From positions 115,320,001-115,384,000 of the forward strand of contig OX597817.1 of NCBI GenBank assembly GCA_951406725.2: a DNA stretch of 64,000 nt, in the 5' to 3' direction. Positions 1 through 15,494 of the stretch are shown here, piece by piece. This DNA is from Octopus vulgaris (lineage: Eukaryota). Below the pieces are notes generated by a model. It made no database searches. It was not told where the DNA came from and saw nothing but the letters and a program-made list of their open reading frames with translations. A program made the translations under genes and the position numbers. Each line of letters begins with the position of its first letter. Within the stretch, counting starts at the first letter, position 1.

Positions 1-1075
1 TAATGCTATATTTGTAGAAATTGTGAAACTCGTTTCGTCAATTTTGATATGTGCTTTATAAGTAAATATTCAGAAGATAGTATTGTGATCCAGTATAGAT
101 AAGATATATTATCCAAAATATTGATCATTTAGAATATTGGTGGTTCGCATATTACTGACATTGATACAATTTTTGAATATCATGATATAAAATGATAATC
201 GAGTACATGAAAGTAAAAACAGAAGATTCCGCGAAAGCTATCCATGTTCTAATCGGAGGAAAATAATACAAATATTTCCAACAATAGAATATAGTTTATA
301 CCACAAGGGGAAAGCAAAATATAACATTTTGGAGAAAGAGAAAAATAGCAAATTTTTAAAAGCCTGTGCAGAAATGTGAACAAGATAAGTAGTACTGTCG
401 TGAAGCTGATGCGAAAAGAAAGCGGCAAAAATCGATGGCGTCAGTTATGTTGGAGCAGTACAAGAGGAAGTATGACATGAGAAAGTTAGACATGGTTCAA
501 AATAGTGGGTGCGAATGGGTAAATGAACAAGAACTGATCAAGGACCCGAGTGTTTTGAAGAAAAATGTATAAAAATAGTGACATGATGAGCCGTAGTGGT
601 TATGAAAAATAGATTTGTGAAAACTGAAGGAGATAATAAAATTACAACGTTTTTGAAGATGTGAAAAACTGGCTGTTAGAACTAGTATACATAAAAGAGT
701 CAGCAAGTATAGTGGTCTAGAATGAGTTATCTACTAGAAAGAGGATTGAAGGTATGAATAGAGTAGTGAGTAGGTAATATATTTGAAAGAACTGGAAATA
801 CTTCCATACATATGCATACAAATCTGTAAACATATCTGCAAAATTATGAAAAATAAATACAAACACATATTGTATACACAATCAACTTGGTGACTGGCGT
901 TGTCTGCAGAGCATTATGAAAACAATCTGACAGGTGATGTTAGAAAAAGACCCAATAGTGTAATCGATATATATGAATCATTGAATCATTGTTACTTACT
1001 ATAGAAAGTACTTGTCATATTAGACGGCGCCCTTTGATTACCACAACTTGATGCATACACACACACACACACACG

Positions 1076-1114
<39 letters not shown>

Positions 1115-2807
1115 GCGTACAGACAAACACAATCACTCTCTGACTACAACAAAACTACACAAAGACATAAAAGAATATGCAAAAGTCATTGACACAAAAA
1201 GTATCTTAGGAATGTGCATTGATATATATGGAATGATCTTCGTACTATTTATGAAACTGCTTCTCAATATAGAAGCAATGATGACAGCTGAATAGTTCAA
1301 TATTTTCTGGAAGAACTTCCTAAAAGATCCATATTTACATGCATTAGAGTTATCGATACTTAGTAACCTAGCAGTTGGCCATTTTCGTCATTCGTTGACA
1401 GTATTACAAAGACAGTATCTTAAACACATCTAAAGTGCCTAGCCCTAAATACACTTACCACATCTCCGTTTATAGATACGCCATGAAGAAAGGTGCCGTC
1501 AATATATTTGCGGCATTCATGGAGTTGCAGAAGATGTTAGATATTCGTTAACTATATATATTTATATATCTGCCTTAGGCTCTTACCCTCTGGATTTCTT
1601 TTGGGGCTTACTCACTTAACCCGGTTTTTTTAACTACTCAGTAAATTGCCAAACAAGGCAGGAATGGCTTATTATCATAACAAACATGGTTTGTGCAGAG
1701 CCAGTACGTAGTAAAATTCAAGAAGACTACTGTTATTGTGCTCAATGTTACATTACATACGTTAAATTACGATACGTACATTCATATTCACAATATAAAA
1801 GGTATAAAAATGAGAAGACACGTTCAATGTACGATACGATTATAATCCTTTACTCGATAGATGCAAGACATAAAATTTTAGTGTGAGATATATTGTCAGC
1901 AATACTTGAATATGAATGAACTCATCCGGCCTAGATGGAAAAATGAAGAGTTGATCTTAGAATCCTAAGGAAAGTGGACTAGGATTCTAAGGAAAGTGAA
2001 CTAAGAATATAACGTATTTAGACAGAATCGATCAATCCACCTCCCGCTATTTCACATCTTTTAAAAATAAAGTATGAAAATCTCTCTAACGAACATTCGA
2101 TATGTATCTTTAGAAAACAGAAGTTGAAATTATTTTAAGCATGAGCCATTGCTCTTGAAACTGATAAAAAAACGTAAGAGAGAAACGGCCCGCCAAACTG
2201 AGAAAACTAATGATTAAGAAGGCAAAAAATGCTCGTCTCACATACGGCATCATACATACATTCACATACGCGAATAAATGCAGTGACAAACATAATTTTC
2301 ATAGAGTTTATTCACATAAACGCAGCAGCTGACAATTCTCTCCGTTCATATTATTACTTTCCCGTTCCAAAAACTTTTGCTAAATATATACATACATATA
2401 TGTATATGTGTATATATGTATATAACAGTGTGTGTGTACATGTGAGTGTATGCATGTGTGTGTACATGCGTGTGTACACTAGGCAATATATTACTGCCAC
2501 TTTTCCAAATGATTCGTATCTTGTCGGAAATTAAATAATGAAAGAAAGTAATATGGGTTAGCTGGGTGACTCTTTTTTTCCGTTTCGTTACTATATTAAT
2601 ATATGTAATTACTAACAACTAACTTATTGAAACATGATGTACTAAAGAACATAAAAATGTCTGTTCTTATTTAGCGAACATTTGTAAGTGTAAGTTACGT
2701 CGCTTTCACAAAATCATACTTGAATGCCACAAAAACGTACAATGCACATGTACGTACGTACGTACTTATGTATGTATGTATGTATTTATGGAGACGCATA
2801 CATACGA

Positions 2808-2844
<37 letters not shown>

Positions 2845-3230
2845 ACCGATAGAATAAGTACTAGGCTTACAAAGTCCTGGGGTTGACTTGTTCAACTAAC
2901 GGCGGTGCTCCGGCAAGAAGCAAATGACTGAAACAAAAGGATAAAATAATGTATACACACACACACTCACATAGCAAATTTTGAGGGATTATCAATCTGG
3001 ACAAAATCCTCCTTAAGCTCTCAGTTGCCGCACGAGGCTAACAATATTACTATGGCAGGGTCCGAGTTTATGGTTCATCACAATTCTATATTGTAAATCC
3101 GTGGTTGGGCTCCACCCAAACTGGTCTTTACTCAAGATATAAATAATGGTAATTACGTATTTGCATGTATGTATACATATATATCTCTATATAAGTTTAC
3201 AATATATGTATGTTCTTATGTATGCGTCTC

Positions 3231-3311
<81 letters not shown>

Positions 3312-3689
3312 TTCATTATAATAATATATATATTAACTATATATATTATATTATTATAATATATATATATATTATTATACTATATTATAATCATACATAC
3401 AACATAAAATCATACATACATATATATATACTATATATATATATATATATATAATCATACATACATATATACACACACATTCTTACATATATTATATATG
3501 CATATATTTTTGAGGAATTCTCATCAGTTTTTAACCATATCATCATCCCTCTGAGAGAAAGGCTACCTCGTATATAAAATTTGCTTCTCTACATTTTGCT
3601 TATATCTGAGTTTCTTGGTATTGTTAGTGAGAGTTGCTGTGGTGCTAGTGAGAGTTGCTGATAAAACAAGAGCCCGTTTGTCAGTTTTG

Positions 3690-4576
3690 TTGCGTGTTTG
3701 ATCTCAATAACCTTTCGAAACTGCCTCTACAAGTTGGCATAGTACTCTCCATTGATGGTGTGGCCTTTTCGAAGATAATCAATAAAGGCAATGCCTTTTA
3801 CATTCCCCCAAAAAGACTGAAGGCGTCACCTTCTCAACTGATGAAGCGACCAGAGTCTTTTGTTTGAGCAGGTGACAAGGGATATTTCCACTCTTTGCAC
3901 CTGGCTCAAAGTGATGAACCCAAAATTAATCTTGGATTGTGGAACTTCACGGAAACCAGCTGGACTTCCCTCAAATAATGTCACTTTCCCCGTCATGAGA
4001 TGAGATCAGCCTGATGCGATTTTGATCCGGTGTCAGTGGACCTGGCTCCCGCCGAGCAAAAACCTTCGTCATGCCGACTTCATTGCGCAGAACAGTCTCC
4101 TTTCCTTCACAGGATATGATAAGATCGCTGGCCATTTGATTTATAGTCAATCCCCTGTCGTCGTGACTATGTGGTGAACATGATCAATAGTTTCCTCTGT
4201 GGTGGTATTTCTGGACACCTAAAACTTGAATCATCTTAATGACTCTCGACTCCCCTTCTAAATTTAGCTTCCCACTGTTGATATAGCTGGAGCGACATCA
4301 CCTAATGTAACAATCATGTTAGCATGAATGTCCTTGGGGTCGAAGCCCTTTTTCTTCAGATATTTGATAACACCTCGATGCCAAATCTCGTCCATTTTCG
4401 GAAGTGGCTAATGGTTACATTTGAAATCTTCTTTGGACAGTTAGATATCATTTTACCTGGAAGGAAACAATGCAGTTGCTAATAAAGAGGGTTGTTGAAA
4501 TTAATGTATGTAGCATTTCATAGCTCATGCTTCATCCTTCATAGTCAACCTATGAACATTTCAACTCATACTCGTA
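3690..4576 (-). mobile_element. Degenerate, 3'-truncated mariner (SETMAR/Mos1-like) transposon
   Basis: Minus-strand ATG at 4395 reads MDEIWHRGVIKYLKKKG..DIHANM..TLGD.AP..STV. Later fragments read WVHHFEP and KGIAFIDYLRKGHTINGEYYANL. Stops and frameshifts are present. A TIR-like end TACGAG..TGAAATGTTCATAGG lies at ~4545-4576. Confidence 0.85.
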
Positions 4577-5496
4577 GATTATGTTACTTCGTTTGGACAT
4601 CGAATAGCATACGCGCGCCCACAAAAATGCACACAAGCACGTGTATACTCAGAAATAAACATACATCACATTCTTAGGCGCACATACCTTACATTCTTTA
4701 ACGCACATACGCAGACGCACTTATTCACACATACTTAGACACACATACATATGTAAATGTGTGTGTCTGTGTGAATGTGCATGTGTGTGCATGTATATAT
4801 TTCCTGTTATAGGGCGTAGAGCATCTAATAAGTAAATAAAGTATAATAATAATAATAAAATCCAGTATAAATTAAAGAATAACTACAAATTTCATATTCT
4901 GAGGAAATATATCAATTTGCTTCATTTTTATAGATTAAGTTTTGTACATTTGTGCATATGCACGAGTAATATAAAATATGGTCTGTTATATACGCATGCA
5001 TATATACACATGTATTCATTTATATATACATTATATATATGTATATATGTATGGATATATGTTCTCTGTGGGGTGTGAGTGTGTATGTGTGTTCAGTGCA
5101 CACATCGAAAAAGAATTAAGATCTTTCCCATGCCATTGACTCATAAGGTCGGTTTCCCGGATTGTGTGGCGTGCATATTTTTGTCATGAATATATATATA
5201 TATATACATGCAATTCGATTTAAAAAGTAACGCTATCACCACTAACTGAATACCGACGCAAGAAACTTGTTTGAATTAGTTCACTTTGCAAAGGACGTAG
5301 GTGATGGAACCTTGATGAAATTGCAACGACTAGGATGTATAATTGCATGCAGAGCAATGTGATGTTGCTGCAGTAGAAAAATATGATGGCCATTGTTATA
5401 TATGCTGTCGAAAACATTTTAATTAAAGATTTCGATGTGAATAAAACTCCACTCTCCTCTTGCTTTTCAATTTTATATATTCTTTTTTCTTTTTCT

Positions 5497-5646
5497 TTTT
5501 ACTTGTTTCAGTCATTTTGACTGCGGCCATGCTGGAGCACCGCCTTTAATCGAGCAACTCGACCCCGGGACTTATTCTTTGTAAGCCCGGTACTTATTCT
5601 TTGTAAGCCGGGTACTTATTCTATCGGTCTCTTTTGCCGAACCGCA
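5497..5646 (+). repeat. Dispersed SINE-like repeat (TTTTACTTGTTTCAGTCAT..GCGGCCATGCTGGAGCACCGCC family)
   Basis: Same sequence recurs at ~8310-8350 and 18577-18780, and on the opposite strand at ~2845-2940 and ~47630-47815. Confidence 0.7.
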
Positions 5647-6233
5647 ATTATATATATATATATATATATATAATGTTTTTACATTTGTTGATCTCAAAAC
5701 ACACTATAGGGCGTCTCACTGGTTGCCTTCGACATTATGTAACCAAATATGGTTTTTAAACGAATATTTACACGCTATTATTTGCCGCTAAAATGCACAC
5801 ATATTCACACATACACTATGTGGAAGATTGACAGTTATTAACCACATAATTCAGTAGATGAAATATCAAAAGAGCAATGTAATCGAAAATGTAAATTTAT
5901 CCAAGAATTCTTACTTAACTGCTTCAAAATCCGAAGCTGATTAATAATAGAAAAAAAAGTTTGCTATTTGTGTAAATAGTGCTGACAAGTCTGTTAGACG
6001 CATTAAACATGTTGAAAGGCAATACAAAAGTAATTTCACTCTTAAAAGTATATTCGTATCGGAATTTACTTATATTAGAGAAAAACATTCTACCTACGAC
6101 ATTTGATCACACTGAATGTAAATTATTGGCAGTACTCACAAGTGATATACTATTCACGACTTAAGCCTTTGGTACATACGTATATATAGTGCATATACAC
6201 AAAGGTATATACTCATGTTCATACTTATATACG

Positions 6234-6281
<48 letters not shown>

Positions 6282-6599
6282 CGTGTGTGTGTGTATATGT
6301 ATATGTATATATATATATATGTACATATATATACATGTATACATATATATGTATGTACATATATGTATATATGTATGTATGTATATATATATATATATAT
6401 TAGAAGAAATGAGGTACTCAGAAATTCGGAAGAAAAAGAAAAGAAATGAAGAGGACTGGGGTGGGGGGCAAGCATATTAATAAATGAGAAAATATTAAGT
6501 TAATCAACAGTTACAGATGTTGGTCTAGGTGTTGTTGATAAAGTCTTCTACTACGGGCGGAGTAACTCCAGTGACTTAAGTGTAGATACCGTTGAATCG

Positions 6600-8250
6600 A
6601 TGTCAACTCCCAGCGAGGATAAAAACAAAACACAGCATGCGCAAGGAGTAGAGTGCCTACATTTTGCCATCTTATCAAGACACTTACACAGGGATCTGCC
6701 CTTCATATCAGACCCGAATTTCCTGGCTCATGTCAACAGTCCGGATGTGGTCATTCAACGACTGCGCCATCTCGAGCCCGAAACATTCAGAAGCAACAAA
6801 TACGCATCGGTTCCTGTGCTTTCCGTGATTGACATGACTACGGAACTTGTCGCTTCCTCGGATTTATACTGTTTCGGACTTACCTCCTCCGACATCCATC
6901 ACTGTCAGTTATAGTTGCCAACACACACTTCTAGTTCTATGGGCTCCAGCCTCGCATGTCTGCTCGTTATTGCCTACTGAAACCGCTGGAACGTAGGGTG
7001 CTCAGTACCTGCCAATTATACGCCTTTTTCACCAGGTATGTGGGTGATATCCTCATCCTCGCCCCATCTCATTGGCGCCTCCATTATACTAGATAATTTC
7101 AACCAGATGGACCAACATATTAGCTTCACCATCGAACACATAAATAGCAATATTTCCCTCTTTTTGCATGACTTTCTGATAAACATCATCATCGAGGGAA
7201 ACTTGACACGGTGTTCTACAGAATGCTGGGATTTCATCGTACATTACAAGCCGGCCTTTCCTATCAAGGCTAAGATGAGCTACTTATGTAACGAGATCAC
7301 TCGAATACACAAAAGATGCAGAGATAACACAAGCTGGAATGCACGCATTACTCACCTCCTAAAGGTACTCGAGGCCAACAGATATCCAACGTCCATTACT
7401 AACTCCATACGCAAACACATGTCCGGTAAACGTCGTAATAGAGATCTCTCTGAGACCTGCTTCTTGAAGATTCCCCACTTCAATGAGAAGACCACTTCTA
7501 CTTTTTTACAAAGCTGTCTACAGGGAAGGCTTTGACATCCTCCTGTCCTATTCAGGACCGTCCCTACGTAAAAACCTATCAACAAGGTGGTCACGTGCAG
7601 GTTAACAGCCCTACACACTGACGAACTACTCCATTTGCAGCACTAACATGTGCTTATGTACGTACGTAGTATACCAAATACAATGCTCCAAATGCTTTTA
7701 CATTAGTAGCACAGTATAACTACTCCGTGTCGGAATGAAGAAGCACATTCCTACCAACGCGTCTTCTTTCCGCAAAAACCCAGCTAGATACATCAACATC
7801 TCCAAAGAGATACATGCCTCCATACTGGTCTCGGAGAATAACACTTGAAATCTAAGTAAATTGAAGCTATATTAATCCGCTGTCTCAACCTGAAAATTAA
7901 CGGTCAATCGTCGTTGAGCCGGTGGATCCTATGAGAATGTCACGGCGACTGCGACCAACATCACAATATACGTCATCAACACGACCACGACCACGTGACC
8001 AAGTGCCGCATCAACCTACAATTGGAGAGTTGTTTACACCAACAGTCGGAGAGCTGTTTACACCAACAGTTGGAGGGAGGCCGCTACTGCCGCTTAGCAA
8101 GCACCGAGGAGTATGAGTCAGATAAAGGAATCGATGCAACTTGACACTTCCTGCCCTGTTTCCTTTTGCTGATGGGCTTTTGCACTTGAAACGTAAAGGG
8201 TTTTGTAAAAGTTTTCATATTTTCCCTTTTCTCTACCTTCTTCGGTACTA
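6600..8250 (+). mobile_element. Degenerate Penelope-like retroelement (RT + GIY-YIG remnants)
   Basis: RT remnants MGSSLACLL (~6940), FTRYVGDILIL (YVDD-like, ~7030) and NFNQMDQHISFTIE..LFLHDFLI (ORF 7038-7535). GIY-YIG-like VVYQIQCSKC at ~7667. The 3' region has a 24-bp tandem repeat (8022-8075) and a hammerhead-like motif. Confidence 0.75.
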
Positions 8251-8497
8251 TAATGTTTCAAACGAACTACTACATCGATCTAATATGTATAGATGTGTAT
8301 TCTTTTAAACTTTTACTAGTTTCAGCCATGCGGCTGCGGTCATGCTGGAGCTCTATCAAACAAATGACACCCAATGGTTATTTGTACCTCAGTGTTAACT
8401 CAATACTGTGGTACCTAGCCAGTCCTGACGTAGCAAATGCTGATGCGCCCTAGAATTTAAAAAAATCCTGTTACTAATCTGTCTGTCTACACACACA

Positions 8498-8544
<47 letters not shown>

Positions 8545-8654
8545 GTATGTATATAACCTGTTTTTAAGTGGTGAGTTCAAATTCTATCGTGGTCGATTCT
8601 TTTCATCCTACATACCTGTTAAGTACGAGGGACGATGTTACAAAATTTCTAACA

Positions 8655-8721
<67 letters not shown>

Positions 8722-9699
8722 GTAGTAGTAGTAGTAGTGAGCTTGGATTGGTTGAAGCGTTTGAAATGTCAACAGTACATAGGGGAGAGTTTATTAAATA
8801 ACAACTCTGAGCTTACTTTTTTCAAAGCGCCAATAAAATTCATTATCTCCTACTATAACATTCGAATTAAATGTTACGTAGTACAAACATACCTCGATTA
8901 TTAGAACATTATTTTACACATTGTAAATATATGTTAATTAACTTTAGAGATACTTAAGTGTATTCTGTCGATGATTCTTGTTGATTTATTTCATAACCAG
9001 TTATTACATTACCTAATATATTTATTATGGACTTGTGTTGTTATTCCTATATATTATTTATTTCTATATATTATTAACACTGGAAACTAACTATATTCTT
9101 ATTTTACATCGTAATGTAGTCTACTAATCATAGTTATGAATCACCTATAACTATCTTCGTTAATTCTTTTCGCAACCGTTATTAAAATTAATACCAAGGT
9201 GCTAGCCTTGTGCAAAAATGGGAAACCAATATTAATACATAGTTGAGGTCAGCGATTTGGACTGAATTGCCAGAAATTGGGAAAAAAGAAAAGAAAAAGA
9301 AATGATAAAAGGGAAAAGAGAGAACTAGAGTTATGTTTCCTTGGGCCGTAAGCAATGTTAAGGCTATTTAGGGTTGATTCTACCGAGCAGGGTCTAAATT
9401 CTGCAGTAAAGCTGCTCAGCATGGAGACGATATATGCTCTAATTTTCCCCCACCCTCCAACAAAAACTTGTCCATATGTTTACATTTGCTGAAAATTCTG
9501 ATTTGGAATTCAGAAGGGCGGTAGAATTCTTACGTCTAAAAAGGATTTGCGAGCTTTCAGCCACGCATAACTTACATCTCTTTGATCCATTAACATATCG
9601 CATGGATTTTTCTACGATTTCCTATTTTATTGTAGTTAGCGTGGAGCTGGTAAGTTGTTAGTACATGGCTAGCCAACTTAATGGCTTTACTTTTATCTA

Positions 9700-10460
9700 T
9701 CTAAAGATGATTTGCATTGCGTCTTTTGAAGCCCACTTCGCATAAACCGATGTAATTCTTCTTTTCTGTAATCATAAACCGTGGCTCTTACTTCTGTCTC
9801 ATATATGACGGAGATTACCATGCAAAGTTGGTCGAGTGAGCAAGCTCCATGGTCGCGACAACTACAACTGGTGGCGTTCCGGATAATGATGTTCTTCATA
9901 TTGAGTCATCCGCTATATGATAACATAATTGAACGTCAGTTGAAGAACTTTCTCTACGTGTGATTTTCAGAGAAATGTTCATCTAAATGACACAGAAATC
10001 TCTTGATTACGTTAGTTTTAAAATTTAGGAAGGGTGGGGTTGTGATAAGCCAAATTATTTTGCCAGTACTATTTTTAGGTCGATTTCTATGAGGCTCATC
10101 TTGGTTAGAGGGGTTGTAGTATATTTCATCGTTAAAGCGAATGTTAGCTTGCGCATTGTTATAGTAGTGGTCTGCCTTAGCAAAAATACCTTTAGATGAA
10201 GAGAGACTAGATATCCTATTACTAATGTTACCTATCACTATAGGTGGGTGACAGGACTCCTTGTCTTTGTAGGAGAGCTTCGAGTTAGGCTTATGGTAGG
10301 GTTTGTAAGAGTGAGATCTTAGATCTGGGGAAACATCTAATAACTAAACTCTCACAAAAAAACGCTGTCTACAATATGTCTTTAAAGTATGAAACTGTTG
10401 GTGTATCATAACTTGATACTTTGAGCATTAAACGATGTTTATCTTTCATCGGATGGAATG
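9700..10460 (-). mobile_element. Degenerate Penelope-like retroelement fragment
   Basis: Minus strand reads SYKPYHKPNSKLSY..SCHPPIVIGNISNRISSLSSSKGIF..IIWL..PPF and then SVIYETEV (GIY-like). This matches the PLE RT thumb/linker/endonuclease region. Confidence 0.7.
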
Positions 10461-10497
10461 CATTTTTTGTTAATCTTACCTTATCGGAACAGTAAAC

Positions 10498-10588
<91 letters not shown>

Positions 10589-11609
10589 GCCTGTCTATCT
10601 GTCTGTTTGTCTGTCTGCCTGTCCGTACACACATATACATATGCATATATATACATACACACACAAATACATACACATATACACACCTAGAAGCACAAAC
10701 ATCCGCACACACACACATATATTGAGATTTTTCTTTAGATGACATGAATAATTATGTAATTAAATTTAGTGATTTTATTTTACAGTATGTTAGTATTGCC
10801 TCTTTCTCGACTCCTATTTCTAATTAGATTACTTTAAATATGTTAGCACTATCATAACTTATCAGCATTATCCGTTGAATCTCTTTAGATTTTGTATTTA
10901 TATTTGTGTTATGCATCCAAATCTATTGGATTAAAATATCAGATAAACATATCACTTCACAGCAAAATTTAAACCTTATGCAAAACGTTGTAAATCAATA
11001 TATTTACGTTAGTAAAGCTTAATACTACTAGTGCTATATACTATGACTGTTGTTACTGGAAAAATATGATTAATTTATTATCTCAAAGAATATGTATGTA
11101 TACAGCACAAGGGCGAAATTATATTTTATAGTATTCTACTCTGTGTTGTGTGGGGACCGGCATATCAACCTTTCCTCTGTGTGTCGTAAAAGGCGATTTG
11201 GGTAAGGTAGGATTTCCAATACGACCTCATGAAACACTAACCAGCAATAACTGCCCAAACAGACTCAGCTAGGCTGAGTTAGGTATTTGTTGCCTGAGAG
11301 GTGCAAAGATGTCATCGACCACGAGTAGTGAATACCGACAAATGATGGATGAAGGGATGCACTACTACAACGTATGCCTTGACCTATTCTATTTCGCTCC
11401 TGTATTTCTGAGTTCAACACAAGCCAGAGTCAACTTGATTTTCATCCTCTCTCTACAATAAAACGAGTGCATGTAACATACTGAAATACAAATATATCTT
11501 GAAAATATTTATACTTGTTAAAATCTAAAAGATATTGTTGAAAAGATTCTGTATTGTTGAAAAGGTGGTGTACTGAAAACTTTACAAGTACAGACTTATA
11601 CTCTTGTAC

Positions 11610-12020
11610 TATTAAACTCCAGGATTCTATGAATGTCGATCTCGTTCATTGTTACAGAGCGTCTAAAATAACTGTCAAACTGTTATTGAATTATTGAGAT
11701 TCTCCGAGTACACCTTTATATTGCACATATAGGACATAGCGTACTAAGATAAAGAAGTTATGGCGCAGTTACTCTGTGTACTGCCCTTGTGACAAACTAA
11801 GTGAATAATTAATAAGTGGAAGAAAATAACATGTTTAAAATAAGGCGCTGTACTATTAGAAATCGTACAGGTACTGTACCACATTTATACCAGTGTAATA
11901 TTAAACTCCAGGACACTATCAATGTGATCTTCTCGTTCATTGCTGCGGATTTTCTAATACAATTATCCGACAGTTATTGAGTTTGATTCCCCAGTACACC
12001 TAAGATAAGAAAATTATGGC
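11610..12020. repeat. Diverged tandem duplication (~290-bp period)
   Basis: TATTAAACTCCAGGA..CTCGTTCATTG..GTTATTGA..AGTACACC..TAAGATAA occurs at ~11610 and ~11899. Confidence 0.6.
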
Positions 12021-12987
12021 CTTCAGTTAATACATGGAACACAATAATAAAGTTTAGAGTAAAGAAAGTTATCTCTTGAACTATTATTATTACGACATAC
12101 AAAATATACCATCAGAGGTGAAACGAATTGAGAATACCATGACTTAACTATCTACCAGTCGTTTTAAACAATTGTACGCTAATGTAGACATACATACATT
12201 TACGACAATTTTACATACTTTTGCGACAGTTTTCTTATTCTTGACATATTTAGACACATATATTCAATCTAATTTTTGTCTTCTACGGTTGTAATCTATT
12301 CCAAAATTTATTATGCTGCCGAAGATATATCTAATTCAAAGTAATTCCATTAATTTATGATCAGTATCTTGAAAACTTTTATATTTTGGATAACCTATCT
12401 TAATATTTACAATTTCACGACAATCTCATATTTTCATTTTATTTTAAAAGCTTCATTGTGTAATGTGTACTTCTTCTAATATAGAGATGAAAGAATGCAT
12501 ATTGAGAACTATTTAGAGAAGGTTGAAGGAAAACTTAGAATCTCCCTTCATTTGTTCGGATTAAGTTTTTTTTTCCGTTCAGAATTTCTTGAAAATTCGT
12601 TACATCAGCGTAACGAGAATAAGTATAGGTGTTTGAATTTTTTAGTTCCATCAATGCAGGATCGTAATCGATTAGCTGTATGCTAGCCATGTGCTTCATG
12701 CAATGTTAGTAAAAGAGTTATGGCTTTCACATAACGTTATCACCTAAATAGTTCGGTGACAAATATGAGTAATTTCGTTTGTGGTTGTTTCAAAGAGAGT
12801 TGATACTTTTTTGATGCTTTGCTTGATGGAATTTGTGATACATTGAATTATATCCATTATGTTCTCATCCGTTTCCTCAGTGTCATCGTGCGTGATTTCT
12901 ATGAAAGTAAGGTTATAGAGCGCAGTTAGCTACAACATGGTTATTCTTGACTACTAATATAAAACTAGTATGTATATGTGTATGTAT

Positions 12988-13037
<50 letters not shown>

Positions 13038-13534
13038 CATCCACACGTAGACATACACACACATATTCGTTTACTGGTATCTAGATTTGTAAGTGCTTAT
13101 ACATAAAAAATTGTGACAGATCCACAATAATACATACATATCTGCTTTGTGGATTAAAAGCAACAGAGGTTCTTTTTATCTTCTCTAAGGATGCAAAGAT
13201 TTTATACGCTCAGATTCACTTAGAGCTCAACGAAAATACGCTTCATATTTACATGTAGTTGATGTTGCTATCAGATTTTGTTTTGTATAGAAAGAATTTG
13301 GATATATTATAATATATATGCAAGATATATCAAAAGATTCATATTTTCGTTATAAATATAACATAAAAAGGAGATAGAATATTAAAAAAATGAAAATACA
13401 GAACTTTGTTTTTGTGAAAAGTAAAAATAGCGCTTTCGTTGTTAAAATATTTTATCAGTGTACCTGTATGTATGTCTGCCTGTCTGTATGTATGTATGCA
13501 TGTATGCATGTATGTATGTATGTATGTATGTATG

Positions 13535-13574
<40 letters not shown>

Positions 13575-13600
13575 CCTGAAAGCATATATGTATCTCTCTG

Positions 13601-13729
<129 letters not shown>

Positions 13730-14113
13730 GTATATATACATAGTGAAAAAGAGAGATGGGGAGAGAAATTCATACAGATATACATAGAGTCACACATGCA
13801 TGCGTGAACATGTATTTGTGTGTACAGAAATGTTGTTTGTCACAAGCTGAATCATGTATACGTTATGTGTTATGACTGAAAGAGCAATAATTTGCCAAGT
13901 CGCCAAAATTCCTGATTCCAGTTAAGAGGAATCAATAATTATATTTATTTCTTCATGACTATGTAGGTAGGACGTTGCAGAAATATCATGGGATGTAGCT
14001 TGACATAAAATGTTTATATGATACTTTTCAGCTTAATCAAATTTTTGGCAACTAAAAATACAGAATATAAATAATCATAATCTAATAGCAAACATGCAGT
14101 ATGATTAATGTTA

Positions 14114-14180
<67 letters not shown>

Positions 14181-14182
<2 letters not shown>

Positions 14183-14380
14183 GGCGTCGAGATGGCTGAA
14201 TCGTTAGCTCACCGGACAAAATACATAGCAACATTTCGTCCGTCTTTATGTTCTCAATTCATATGTGCTTTGCCTTTCATCTTTTCGGTGTGGATAAAAT
14301 AAGTACCAGTTGAGTACTGAAGTCGATGTAAACTACTTATTCCTTCCCCCGATATTGCTGCCCTAGTGCCAAAATCTGAA
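14181..14380 (+). mobile_element. tRNA-derived SINE
   Basis: AAGGCG..GAGATGGCTGAATCGTTAGC (A-box-like), followed by the core GCCTTTCATCCTTTCGG..GATAAAATAAGTACCAG. More than 10 copies occur in the window. Confidence 0.75.
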
Positions 14381-14480
14381 GCCATTATAATTTCTTTTTA
14401 TTTTTCATATGCTCACAACACAGCAACCTGTTGGAAAATAAAAATTTTTAACATCGGGCTACAAGTATTATTATTGTTAA

Positions 14481-15438
<958 letters not shown>

Positions 15439-15494
15439 TTTATTTATTATCATCGTTGTTGTTGTTATTATTATTATTATTAATATCATTATTT

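Noticed and set aside
1-790. Purine-rich stretch, possibly the reverse strand of an old LINE 3' end
   Set aside because: Too degenerate to assign without a profile search.
3495-3535. Minus-strand CTGATGAG..CTCAAAA hammerhead-like core
   Set aside because: GAAA is absent and I found no complementary stem I.
6154-6480. YI/IY-, LSIY-, poly-I/N/Y/L ORFs here and throughout the window
   Set aside because: They are translations of (TA)n, (TATC)n and (TTA)n microsatellites.
14181-14270. Possible tRNA genes at SINE heads
   Set aside because: Only A/B-box remnants fused to the SINE core are present, with no cloverleaf.
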